Origin: Callorhinchus milii
Taxonomy: Eukaryota
Direction: 5' to 3'
DNA length: 64,000 nt
Assembly (NCBI RefSeq): GCF_018977255.1
Contig: NW_024704743.1
Span: 54,686,001-54,750,000, forward strand
Both the position numbers and the translations under genes were made by a program. The notes under the pieces are model-generated. The model had not been told where the DNA came from, ran no database searches, and saw only the letters and a list, made by a program, of their open reading frames with translations. This document shows positions 51,877 to 64,000 of this stretch, piece by piece (within the stretch, counting starts at the first letter, position 1; every line of letters starts with the position of its first letter).

Positions 51877-53479
51877 GTAGATAGTCAAAATACTGTAATA
51901 GAGGCTATTGAATTTCTAATATTAGAAGCCTTGTTGCTACCATTATCTAGATATTGCTACTGAAAATTCAGTCTGACTTCCACATGGCAAACACTGCAGC
52001 AATATCCAGGTAAACCGAAAGATTGAATGAGCTCTTGCAGTTTGGAATACATTTTATCCGGATTACCATTTTTTCTAAGAAGATGGAAACAAATTCCTAC
52101 CTTTGATTGAATATGCATGCAGTCTTATGTGAATAAAATGGTTAAACAAGAATCATGGGGATTGAGGATAATAATTAATTTAAAACCATTCTTTGACTTC
52201 CAAAATTCTTACTGTATATTAAAGCATATGACCCCATCAGTATTTCCACAAGAGGTGGCTAACCACGAGTCAGCTATCAACCGATAAGACAATAACTACT
52301 TTACAATAAAAAAATGGGAATGGTAATTATGTTTTTAAAGTTTTTTAAATAATATCATTTAAAAAGTCTGTTGGCCAATTAATAAATTGGGTTTTATTAT
52401 GTTATGTTCATTATCTGCAGTGAACCTTTGTCATTTAATAGAGAATCCAATTATACGAACAGAAAGATCACTACAAATACAAAGTGGTACATGATAGTCT
52501 TATCAAACACAAACATTTTTTGTATAATGCTAATAGACGAACAAAGCTTCTCTCTGACAAAAGCTTTGAACCTTCTTTGAATGGATGCAAACCTCAAATA
52601 TCAATGTCTGGTGAAGCAGAGCTACTCAAAAGTTAATGCCTCATGAATGAGAAATATAATTCCCTTTAAAATGCAAACTGTGTTGTACAAGTGACTGCGA
52701 CCGTACAAGTGAAATGTAGTTGCCAAGTCTTAAAAACTGCATGAAGAGTTTAACATTTTCTACTGTTAGCAAAGTGTTAGATATTGCACAAAATTTTAGA
52801 AATTAATATAAGTTAATATCATCAGGTTTAGTCACTGGGACGTCCTCCCAGAGTGGAAGGCGCTATACAAATGTAATTTGTTGCTGTTATTGATGGGAGG
52901 GCTTTCCAATCTGTGACTGCAGGGTAGATTCTGGGAAGCTTGAGCATCACAGTTGTGACCACAATTAAAAATTGATTGTGTAATTTATTGGTGAAGTCAG
53001 AAGCCGATCATGCCTTCTAAAGTGCTGTGAATGGCTACCAAGATGATACCAGTACAACTATGTACTTGAATTTTCTAAATAATTCTGTGCATTGTAATTA
53101 TAAAGATTGAGATTTTATGTCAACCAAAACACCCCGAATACTTTTGTTACGTTTGTTGAAATTATTTATAGTTTGATATTTAGGATAAAGATTAAAGTAG
53201 TTGTGGTAATTATTATTGCCATCAATTTTCAACTTTTCAAATCTATGCAAAGCACCAGAGATGCCCTTTTCCGTGATTAGACTAGAATGTTTTTCCAGTA
53301 CTACTTTGTGTGCCTTAGCATACAGTCTCTCTCACTAAACATTCTCAAATGTTTTATCACAAGATACGCAATAATTTTATTATTTCCACTTACTAAATGA
53401 GTAATTAATCGTCCAGATTTAGATTTGGGAAGAAAATTTACTATTAATGCCAAGCGGTTATTGTTAAGCTCTTTGGAAT

Positions 53480-53915
53480 ATCCGTTACAATTTACCCCCT
53501 CCTCAAGAATCCTTCCCCATTCCCTTACTCCCGACCCATCTCCAACCTGCCTTTCCTCTCCAAAGTACTGCAATGAGTTGTTCCTTTGCTCTTTCCTCTC
53601 CCTGCACTCTTACACAAAATCCTCCAATCCGGCTTCCACGCTGGCCACTGTACCGTAACTGTCCTGGTCAAAGTGACAAATTATATTCTTCCTATCTGTG
53701 ACCAGACTTTGTCACCTCATCCTTCTTGACCTCTCTGCCGCCTTCAGCTGTGTCGACCATTCTATCCTTCACCATCTTTCCCCTCAGCTCCAACCTCACC
53801 TGTTTCCCTCACCTTTCCTCATTTCATTCTTACTTATTCCAACATGTTCACTTCGTATCTGCCAGTGGCTTCTCCTCCCACCCTTGCACATTGTAACGTG
53901 TGGTGTTCCTCAGGA
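53480..53915 (+). mobile_element. Old L2 RT fragment
   Basis: [34 protein letters not shown]. Confidence 0.85.
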
Positions 53916-54997
53916 GTAAGCTGAATGGATTGAGCCAGGAGGTTTGAGTCTTGAGGCCAGGGGCTGAAACTATGGCTCCTGATGAGAGCCGGCTGCAGGT
54001 GCAGTAGGAGAAACTGTTTGTACTTTATGCTACGTATTCTACGTGCTGGAAACAGGTTTGTTCAGAATTGACCGCTCATGCTTGCTGACTGGCATGGTTG
54101 ATTCTAAATGATAATGCTGAAAAGCTGAATGATCTTGTTCCGGAATGGTCTTGGGGTGATCCTTAGTGTGAGATATGGATTCTGACTTGGATCAAAAGGC
54201 TCAGTCTTATGGTCTGGCTTTGCAGTAATGTCTCCCATCATTGAAGGTGGTTACTTCTCATTTAAGACAAACCACCCTATTACAAACATGGCAAGGAGGT
54301 CGCAATAGGCCAGGATGAAAGGAACCTAAACATTTGCTGTAGATGATGGCTATCCCATGGGGACCCCCATCATATTTAGATAAGATTCACTACCTAATCT
54401 ATTGAGTTTACCAAGGCCCAGGTTAAACTGTACATCAATCCTTTTTTCACAGGACCAACTAAACTTGGCACCAATGTTGATTAATTTTATTCATGTGCTG
54501 ACTTGCAAAATGACCCAACATTTATTAGACTTTATGGGACAAATAGGTAATGAGGCTATGATCACTGGACATATCTATACAAAACTCGCTTGCATTAAAT
54601 TGATCTACTTTAGAAATACATTGTGCATTTTGTGATGTGAGAATTAAAGACAAACTGTGCAGTCATTTTTGTCTTTTACTCAACAACAAGTTTGGGCAGC
54701 ACCCCCAGCATTTGGAGAATTCATTTTCCCTACATCCATTGGTGACTAATTCACGTTTTTTTACTATACATTCAATATTGTTTTTTTGAATTACGTATTG
54801 CCCTCTATTTTCACTTCTTTTGCACCAAATTGTCTTGTACCTCTCTCACACAAACTTCCAGATTTTTAAGCTACTTTTTTTTAATTTTCAAATGATTAGC
54901 AACCCTCCCCAGTAAACTTTGAAACCTGCTGGCATGAGCCTTGTGATACAAACTTGTTTTAATGACTCAATTTCGTAATTACAGAAAAACAGTCAAG

Positions 54998-55122
54998 GTA
55001 ATAATAATAATCCTTGTGTTTGATATTGTGTCTTATCACGTCTTCGAGACATCTTAAAGCACTTCACAAGATATACTGCAAAGTGAATTGACTGTATATT
55101 TTGTGGGGAAACGTGGCCACCA
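54998..55122 (-). mobile_element. SINE 3' fragment
   Basis: Reverse complement of atatacagtcaattcacttt..(att)n tail. Confidence 0.85.
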
Positions 55123-57521
55123 ATACTTGTATCGAAGCAGAAACTGGCTCTGAAATGACGGGGCAGGTAGGTTGGTTGAAGTCCAAGATATTATTAATGT
55201 TTAAGTGGCATGTCTGGCTCATCAATAAAACTCTGAGGTGTTAACTTGGCCTTCATCAAAAGCCAAGCAGATATTACATCATAGCTGGTCAAGTATTGTG
55301 TAACATATTTGTAACAGATTTACACTCCCATGTCCTGCCGATAAACCTGTCGGAATACTGGTGATAGTATTCTGTTCTGATGATAGTATTTAATATAGTG
55401 TCTCATTCGGAGAAAAATGCATTTGTGTGCATTTTAAGCTATTTTGTTGTTATAAATAGTTCATTAAGAAACTAAATGTGTTATTTGCCAATGCAGCTGT
55501 GACGTGAATGCGTGTGTGAGCATGTCCTGGCTACACATGCATGACTGGCTGCTTTTACTTGTTCCAGAGCTGAGAAAACACTTCAGATTAAACGTGGCAA
55601 ACGGCACATAGCTGTGAAGGATCGACCTAGACCTGAAATATATGCATCCATTTGTATCATATTGAGTCCAATATGTAATTTGCCATTTATAAGTGTGGCT
55701 ACAGATAATGCTGGCTGTCAGATTTTTATTTACACCAAGAACTAGACTGGGCTCACTCTAGTGGGATGTGGTATGCAGTCAGTGAAAAATAGGATTGAAA
55801 GGTGTTGAAACCTTTAAACTCATAACTAAAAATGAGTCTTGGTTTCTGGACTTTAGCAAACCATTCAACAATCACAGATCAGAATGCTTTATGTGGTTCA
55901 TTTTATGTGGCAAATTACAGTCACATTTTTAATGACTTTGTCATGTTTGGCTTTGGTGTAGTATATTTCAGTTACAATTTTGAGTGTCACAAGAGAGATA
56001 ATTAAAGTACATGGGAAAACTCCTAAAAGAGTATTGTATCATTATTCAGATGACTAAAACACAGGCAGACAGCCAACCAACTAAACAGGATGGTGGAATG
56101 TTTTAAAGATAAACATTCCCGTCGACCTTTACAAAGCAAACAAACAGAAAGTTCCACCACAGTCTCTATGCGCTTAAGTCTTAGGCGGGGGAATTTGTTT
56201 GACAAAATAAATTGATGTTTAAACCTGCTGTAATGACAATATGGGGGAATTTTGACCATTCTAGATTCTATATCTTAATCATCAAAATTTTAGCACAGGC
56301 CTGAGCTCAAAATGAACTTTCTGGTCACTACCACATCACTGACATCCTGCTGTGCGTGCTGGTGTGCATGCATGGCATGTGAGAAGGAATGGTGATGATC
56401 TAATGACCTGGAAGTCAGATTCTTTTTAAATACCGAAGCTGGCTTGTCCTTGGAAAGTGAGACGGCTTGGTGTGTGTGTGTGTGTGTAATGAAACTAGCA
56501 ATTGTTGTTCCATTATAATACAGGTGATGATTTTCTGGACTTCCAATTGCTGCTTTATAATGTGGCTCCTTTGTACTTGTTAGAATTGTAAAACCTTCCA
56601 TAAAGCACTAAATGGTTAGTATTGTAATCTTAGCTAAGGATCGTATTGTAGAATTTAGATTAAATTATTAGTTATCAGACTCAGATTTTTCAGGATTTTT
56701 TCCTCTTGATTGAAGCACGCCATACTTCTGTAATAACTGGCATTCAATTCTAATCCAAAACATCTGTTGTAGCAGCAATCGGTTAATTGCAAATTTTATA
56801 ATTGTTGCTAAAGAAACATAAATGCACCAAGGTAAGAGTTTAGATCACTAAATTGATTTAGGTACCTACATTATCGGAAAGATTTTTGTTAACTTTCACA
56901 TGCTTTTCAATGTGCTGCTTGATGTTTGTGGCGGGTGGGGAATGAAGGGTTATTTTAACAGTGATCCTTAGGCTTTCTTTTAGTTCTGGGCCCCGTTAAA
57001 ATCCAGTTTGTTGGTTGACAGGAAATGCAGTGAATCAGTGAAGTGTGGTTGCAACATGCATGGGTTATTAAAACACACAGATTTGACTGGGCTGGTGAAT
57101 TATTTAGTATGATATGTGCTTTGTAAAATATTTTTGAGATTAATCAAAAGTAGATCTAATGTCAGTTTTCTAATTTGACTTCTGCTTTGCATTTATTTAA
57201 AGTTATGGAATATGGTTTAATGGAAATTTTTAAACTTGAGGGCTGAATGAAGTACAAGTGTTAACCTGAGCTTCTCAACAAACCGGTTCAGATCTGGTTT
57301 TCAGATTGATGTTTGTAATGCCTATTCATTCAAGGTAATCTGTCCAGTGGAACACTTCACTGGAACAATCGTCAACTAATAGGGAGAAACAATACATTGT
57401 CTGCCAATATTTACTCCTGAGCATTATAGAATTCATTATTAATGTGGAACGATGCACATTTTTTTTCAGTTTTCAGATAGTTGGTTTGAAACCAAGCTGA
57501 AATTATCACAAATTTGGATCG

Positions 57522-57865
57522 TGCAATCCTGTGGCCTATTGGCCAGAGCTCTCACCTCACAAGCGAGAGAGGACCTGGGTTTGATTCCCGGGTAGGGTGA
57601 AATGTTTTTTTTNACTCCACACGCCTGTTTACCTAGCACTAAGTAGGAACCCGGTTGTTAGTCTGTTGAGGGATTGCTTCAAATAATAATCCCTTCAAAT
57701 AAATACATAATAATAATTTGGTCACTCAATCCATGACTGTTAGTGGGATGCCACGTTTCGCCCACAAGATATATAGTCAATTTACTGTACAGTATGTTCT
57801 GTGAAACTCTGAGATGTCGCAAAGATGTGATAAGGTGCTATATCAAATGCAAGGATTATTATTAC
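57522..57865 (+). mobile_element. Older, longer variant of the young SINE (extra 55 bp segment)
   Basis: Degenerate tRNA head; actccacacgcct, then an extra 57627-57681, then aataataatccc; same tail. Confidence 0.85.
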
Positions 57866-58431
57866 TTATGATTATTTTCTACTTGTACCCAAGGCAACAA
57901 TTCAGAACTTTTGTACCTGACTGTTAATTTATTAATTATTGATTGTATAATTTGAATTTGTGCCTGTTGAGGATAATATAAATATTTTTACTTTAGATAT
58001 TTGTTATAGAATGTGCAATCTCCTCCCTGGAGGGATGCACCCCTGTTTACCTAATTCTGGAAATTATTAGGCACAGGTTGACAAAAGCCAAGGCCTGGGA
58101 ACCTAGAGTGTGAATTGGGTTCTGCAGGAGTTAAACAAGCTAAAACCGCACAGCTTGTTACTGAGAGCATTGCTCAGTAAGCTTGCCCCATTCTACTGGT
58201 TACAATTTTGGCTTGCAGGGTTTAACAGGAGCCGATTGGGAAAAATTCCTCCTCCTAGTTAGAGTTTGGAGGGGGGGGGGGTGGGGCAAGGAAGAGGTGC
58301 TTGGGATGGAGCTCCAGAGGACAGTGGCACAATGGCTGAACGCTTGCAGTGTTGGTGACAGTGGATTGGGTGTAGGACAAAGCAGACTGGTGTTTGCTGA
58401 GTGGTGGGAGTGGTCAGGGCAGTATGACTGC

Positions 58432-58572
58432 CTAATAATAATAATAATAATACTTGTTATTATCAGGCTTGTTGAGTAAGGAAACTTACCCAAGGTTTCA
58501 CCCTGCTGGGAATTGAACCCAGGTTTCTCGCTTGTAAAGCAAGTGCTCTAACCACTGAGATACAGGATTCCA
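58432..58572 (-). mobile_element. Young-family SINE head plus CORE-like segment only
   Basis: Reverse complement of tggaatcctgtatctcagtggttagagcac..ccttgggtaagtttccttactc. Confidence 0.85.
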
Positions 58573-58644
58573 CAAAATCCAGACAACATTCCCCAGGAGC
58601 ACAGACATTGTGTGGAGTTTTGTTCATCTCAAACTTCATCCCTG

Positions 58645-58704
58645 CATCCTCTAGTCATATGTTCAAGTAGATTCTTATCTCCTTGAACATATGACTAGAG
58701 GATG
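58645..58704. repeat. Inverted repeat: perfect 23 bp stem, 1 mismatch, 4 more bp, 4 nt loop
   Basis: catcctctagtcatatgttcaag (58645-58667) with exact reverse complement at 58682-58704; inner agat/atct. Confidence 0.96.
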
Positions 58705-59311
58705 GAGCGAAGAAACAACATACATGTTTTTCACTGAGTGAGCTCTACATAAGTTACCTGTTCTTTAGAGGAGGGTAGCAATATTCTTCTGATCCCTAAT
58801 TCTGCCTGAGGCTATTATTTTAATCCTTTAAGATCCATGTCAAATAATCTGCTTCTCTCTACGTTATCTGTGCCTCATCATGTGAAAGATCTGGATCATG
58901 TCCTCTGCAATCTTTTTTCTCCACAAGTAAGAAGAGGGCAGCTTTGTGAACCCTACTTTTAATGTAGAGATATAATAATAATTCATAGCGCCTGATGTCC
59001 AAGACATTTGACATATTATGTCCAAGAATCATTCTTGCTTCTTCAATCTTAAGGGCCCAAAATGTCATGGGGATCACAGTGAAGGTAATGATGACATTTT
59101 ATGAGTTATGAAGTGTTCCTTATTTTGCTAAAGAAATTCTGGATGCCTTTATTTTGGCATAAAAATGCAGCCATCAAAACCTTAATTACATACTCATAAA
59201 ATGCTTATTTATGACACAGTATAATTTTACTCTGAATTCCATCTCTTTTGTTTATTTCAAAACACGCAGTCATTCCACATTACAGTATATCCTGTGAAAT
59301 GCTTTTGTTGG

Positions 59312-60024
59312 ATGCTGGCTAACCCCGAACAGCAGGTAAATTGAACAAATTGCCCGGCTCCGATCAATTTGTATTCTTACCTGTTTTAAATATCCCGGTT
59401 GATTCAGAAGAAAATCTGGTTATTGCGTACAAAATGCTGCACTGGTCGCCACTGAATGCACTCACTCTGGCCTTCTGTGTGTCCAGTGGCTCCATTCAGC
59501 CACGAGGGGCTCCCGGATGTGGATGGGAGGAGTTGAATTCTGATTGACAGCGGACTCCAGCCATTCACAAGCGGCTGGAGTTGGGCTGTCAATCAGTAAT
59601 GAGATGGAGGAACGGAGAAGAACAGGGAGGGAAATCGAGATTGATTGACAGCTGAACCATTCACATGTGGCTGCAGACTGTCAACCACCTCAGGCTGCTG
59701 TTAATTGTTTCCCTTCCCATCCAATGGGAACGACAATGGGAGGGAGGAAGTGCCGCCGCTCCTGTGCTGGGCGGGAAAGTACTGAACTGTAACTTGTAGC
59801 CAAACAAAGGTAAATATATTTTACTGAATTGTGTGAGAGTATTTTAACTTTAACTGGTTAGTTAACATTGCTTGAAGTGGAAAAAACATTATTGCATGTT
59901 ATTATACAGCGATGGCAGTGCTCCTCCGCTGGGCGGAATGGCATTTTGGTGAACCTCGGACACCTCTTAAGTCGGACAAAACGAGCATCTCCAATATGTC
60001 CAGCTTAACCAGCTTTCATTGTAT
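59312..60024. mobile_element. Probable Tc1/mariner Tigger-like non-autonomous DNA transposon relic
   Basis: Right end tgtccagcttaaccagctttcattgTA (reverse complement TAcaatgaaagctggttaagctggaca) resembles left gctggctaaccccgaaca; subterminal repeats present. Confidence 0.5.
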
Positions 60025-61267
60025 TACTATATCACATGAGAATTATTTTATAGCATGTTAACATTCTCAGTGTTCATTTTAGGACTAGTCATGTTGGTTT
60101 GGGTCCTCTTTGACTGAGGGAGGAAGTGCCTTGTAGCATAGAACTTTTTTTTATCATATCCATAAATTTATGTCCCTTTGAGGCTACGCTACCAGTTGCC
60201 ATTGCCATCCTATCTCTGCAGTGGTCAGACAATAATAGACTCATCCTTGCATTTGATACAGTGCTTTATCTGTTGAAACTTCCCAAAGCACAGTAATCAC
60301 TGTGAAGTGTAGTTATTGTATATTTGTAGGCAATTTGTTTCAGTGAAACAACCCAACAGACTTTTTGATCCATTTATATCCTGCAGGAGTTGAGAAACTC
60401 AGCGATAAATATGTTGTTAAACTAACAAGGAAGAGTAATTTAGATTTTTTAAACTTTTTTTAGAAATGTGTATATCTGTAGAGTTGTATCCACTTTGCAC
60501 AGTTGAACCTGCATTCATATGTCACAAATTGTGCTAATGATCTAACTTTAAACATTTTATATTGAAATGCCACACAAAATGTGCATAGAACCAGTTGTAT
60601 CTTGTTTGCATATGGGTGCAGTTTCTTTGCTTTGGGGAGAAATGTTTGTACCAAATCTCTTGTGGATTTGTATAAGTAGAAATATGTTGGATTTATCTTT
60701 GGGTTAGAACTGTTAGTCAATGAAACATCCTTTCTGTCAAATGCTAGAAGTTCACTGGTAATGGACACGTGTAGCGGCCAGGTGTTGGAAATATTGCATA
60801 TTGTTTTCTTTAGTACAATGTCTGATATATACCTGGGGAGAATTTTATGCATTTAGAATTGTTACCTGAAGCAATTCAATTGTGAATAAAGTCAGGACAT
60901 GGAATCATGTGGTCTAAGCTAGTGTGGTCCAACTGGTGGCCCATGGGCTGCATCCAGACGATTCCATCCAGCCCACAAACAATTTCCGCACACAATGCCC
61001 ACTGCTCCATTACCTGTTCCCTACCCCCCCTCCCATTGTAAATTTGTCGTTGATGTTAGAATTTTTACCTCTTCAGTGCAGATGTAAGCATTAACTGGAT
61101 GGGAGCATCCTACCTGAAATGTTCATAATTGCTTCTGTCAACTATGACTTCCTGTGGTAATAATGGACACTCAGTAATCATTCTTGAGTGCCCATTATGT
61201 TCTGATTAAACCCCCTGAATGGAATATTTTAAGTAGTGCTGTTTTTTGTTTCCAGGACGGAATTGAA

Positions 61268-61370
61268 ATGGCTGTCTGGACACATTCCCCTCGCCATACG
61301 CGCAGCAAGTCAGAAGGAATGCTGATTGATTTTGATGAGCACCCGCCTACAAACAGCATATTCTTAAAAG
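61268..61370 (+). CDS. MACC1: MACC1 first coding exon (exon 61256-61370, 12 nt of 5' UTR)
   Basis: Acceptor gttttttgtttccag|61256; MAVWTHSPRHTRSKSEGMLIDFDEHPPTNSIFLK with the S.SE..LID motif of the MACC1/SH3BP4 family; donor AAG|GTATGG, phase 1, matching the next exon (G+AT = Asp). Confidence 0.9.
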
Positions 61371-61534
61371 GTATGGGAAAGTACAATTATAATAGTTTGT
61401 GTCTTGTTGAAATTCACATATTTTCGTTTTTGATGGTTGATAGGCCCACTTTCTGTCGTCTTACTAATCCTCACAATAGTATCCTTCCTATAGTGGGGAG
61501 GGGGGGGGGGGGGGCACGAAGGTGAGTAATGTCT

Positions 61535-62100
61535 CTTTGGAGCTGAGCTGGCTTGAAGTTGAAGTGCTTGGCAATGAATGTCAGAATGGAATCAATCCTC
61601 TGTGGTGGACTCGGTAGTCTGATTTCTGTGCCAGGATCGACAGTATCCCAGGGCATTGCTGGCAACACATCAGACAGTCTGGCTCATTGGGAGGACTTGG
61701 AGAGAGAAACCAGTCACTGGGAGCAGGGATTCTTCATTACTCATTTTGTGTTAAGCATGTAAGCCAAAGTCCTTATGGATAGAGTGGTCCTAACTAGACA
61801 AGCAATGAGAAGCTTGTCAGACAGTGGTTTAAATGCAAGCAATGTGTTTTTCGGTGGTTAAATGCCAGCAGTTTAATCCCAACACACTCTTTGGGATCCT
61901 CAAGCCTGTGCCTAATACTCTCCAGATTTAGGTAAGCAGGGTACATCCCTCGAGCGAGAGAGTGCACATCCCATTCCAGACACAGGGACATTTCCACATG
62001 TGGGTGGCGTGCATTTTGTGGAACTCTCAGTCAAGTTTGGATAATCTTAAGCATGATGATAGGTTTCCGTATATGTATCAGACACCCAGCTGACCAAAAA
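61535..62100 (+). repeat. Unclassified interspersed repeat inside the MACC1 intron
   Basis: Collinear with the reverse complement of 33240-33850 and with 30225-30660; ends cagctgaccaaaaaa. Confidence 0.8.
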
Positions 62101-62238
62101 ATGTTATCAAAATAAATATCAATGAAACCTATTATTTTGGAGAAGAGACAGATTTATACTCTTGTCTTCATATTTTCTGTTCGTAATTTGGGGAATCTTT
62201 TCCCACTGAAACTTGTTTTTAATTTAATTCTGATACAG

Positions 62239-64000
62239 ATAACAGTTATCAAGAAATTTCAAATGGACAAGAGACTGATCTGCTAAAAGACTGGAATGAA
62301 ATGTTATTTCAGCCTCCCAAACCTGTGGGTTCTGGGAGTACAAATCCATTTTGGAATGGTCTGTCTGGATCTAATCCATTTTTAGATGACATTGTCAATG
62401 CAAGTAACAGAAAGAAAACAGACTCAGTGTTTGAATTCATAAAAGACCAACAACAACTGTTCAATACTCCAAAACCTACTGAGTCGGTTGCTTCTTCGAC
62501 TGATGAATTGGACATCGACCATTTGATTCACATTGGAAAACCTTTTGCAAAAAAGCATGGACGGTGGAAAAGTGCTTCAGACATTTTAGATTTTTCAAAC
62601 AAAGAAGAAGGTGTTACTCAGAATAACCGCCCCGTGAGTCAGTTTTTGGTTCCAAATTTGGACTCGCTTCAAAATGACAGAGAAGCTCACAAAATAGCAT
62701 GGTTGAACCATAGGCAACTTACCAGATCCTGCCTTGATTTGGACATGAGCCAAAGCCCTGGCTGGGGACAGACCCAGGCTACTGAAACTCAAATTGTCTG
62801 TAAACTGGACCATAACGGGGGATGTCTTCAGTTGCCTGAATCTGACATAAGTATTCATGTACCTGAAGGTCATGTTGCACCAGGTGAAATCCAAGAAGTT
62901 GCTGCAAAGATTGTGCTTGACCCACCACAGGAACTCAATGATTATTTGTGCACAACAATTAGTCCATTGCTGGAACTAAAATTGAGCAACTTCAACACAA
63001 AAGAATTCATTTCTTTGGAAATGAAGGTTACAGCTCAAGTGAAAAATGACCCTTTGAGTCAAATTATGACCGAAATTGTGTGTTTTTGTAGCGATAATAA
63101 AGAGGGTCCTTTTGAGAAGTTGCACAGCATTTATGTGTATAAAAATATCATACAAGTAAAGCTTGAACATTTGAACCCTTCTATGTATATTGTAGCAGCA
63201 GCTGAAGCTAAGCACATTCAGCTTCCAGCATTGACGGTGTGGGACTACATTGACAAAATGGTCACTATTGGAATTTACGGGCCCAAGCACATCCACCCAA
63301 CCTTTACTGCTGTGTGCACAGTCTTTGGGCACAATCAAGTTCCACTGAAACTTTCAGTCACAGATGTTAAAAAGAACAGGAGCTTGCCGCCAGTTGTTCT
63401 TCAGCTATGGGGGAAGCATGAGTTTCATTTACAGAGGCCGCAAAAATTGGAAATTTCAATTGTCCCCACGGACGCAACGTATGAGATACAGAAAGATGAC
63501 CAGTACAAGTACATTAAGGAGGCATCGCTGAAAATGGGTAGGACAGTTCACCAGCAATTTCCTTTGTCCACATCCAGATTGGGAGAAGTTGATCCTTTTG
63601 AACTCCAGATTCAGATTACGGGAACTGACCAAAGTGTGGTATCCCATTTCACTGTGCTAACACCCTTGCCAACTGTAAAGTCAAATGTGAAAAGACGTTT
63701 CCAGAAACGCAAGGAGCAGTTAACTGCTAGTCCTTCACCCGAACCATCTACTATCAAGTACCCTCAGTTTCAAGAGAGAAACGTAAATATTCTGAGCTAT
63801 GGAGTATCATTGAAAACTGTGCTGAGGCAGCCTAAGATTGAGTATTTATTGGAGTATTTCAAGGGCGACACTATTGCCCTTCTTGGATTAGACAAAGTCA
63901 AAGTAGTAGGTCAAACAAAGATCAAGGAGTGGTATGTTGGCTTCTTGCGAGGAAAAATCGGTCTTGTGCACTGCAAAAATATCAAAGTGATTTCCAAGGA
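62239..64000 (+). CDS. MACC1: MACC1 large coding exon (NPF motifs, ZU5, UPA, variant SH3); open to window end
   Basis: Acceptor ttctgatacag|62239; codons from 62241, frame consistent to 64000. Peptides NPFWNGLSGSNPFLDDI, NDREAHKIAWLNHRQLTRSCLDL, QLPESDISIHVPEGHV, GIYGPKHIHP, YGVSLKTVLRQPKIEYLLEYFKGDTIALLG..KEWYVGFLRGKIGLVHCKNIKVISK match MACC1 as recalled. No N-terminal SH3, unlike SH3BP4. Confidence 0.96.

Noticed and set aside
57343..57364. Short hairpins such as tccagtg..cactgga and aaaaattac..gtaattttt (~32825)
   Set aside because: Stems of 9 bp or less are expected by chance.
62309..63647. Minus-strand ORFs in the ORF track
   Set aside because: Antisense shadows of the MACC1 exon.
61268..64000. 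Calling the gene SH3BP4
   Set aside because: There is no N-terminal SH3 after the first coding exon, and NPFLDDI, EYFKGDTIALLG and RGKIGLVHCKN are MACC1-type.
1..64000. CRISPR arrays, rRNA genes or operon-like prokaryotic systems
   Set aside because: Eukaryotic intron/retroelement landscape; no regularly spaced direct repeats or rRNA motifs seen.

Overview
Repeat-rich vertebrate genomic DNA, most likely from a cartilaginous fish (inferred from the L2, CR1 and Deu-type SINE repertoire; species not determinable here). The only host protein-coding gene I can support is MACC1 on the + strand. Its ATG exon codes 61268-61370, and its large ZU5-UPA-SH3 exon starts at 62239 and runs off the window end; the ORF track misses that exon because no stop codon lies in the window. 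A CpG island at about 46.95-48.8 kb is the probable promoter and may be bidirectional. It holds an inverted pair of ZNF143/SBS-type motifs, GC boxes, a TATA box and splice donors on both strands. The remaining ~47 kb upstream is mostly retroelements: a young, apparently single-ORF L2 LINE (1-3120, minus), many 3' L2 fragments, CR1 pieces, a young tRNA-Ala-headed SINE, an older Deu-type SINE, an unclassified ~600 bp repeat and DNA-transposon relics. The most unusual signals are several unrelated ~60-85 nt perfect or near-perfect hairpins, repeated insertion of the young SINE into the head of the older SINE, a fossil longer form of the young SINE, a microsatellite flanked by a 15 bp direct repeat, a Pbx/Meis motif cluster in a transposon relic, and possible exons of a divergent minus-strand transcript. 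Repeat boundaries are approximate (about 10-30 bp) and family names rest on recalled consensus motifs, not database searches.
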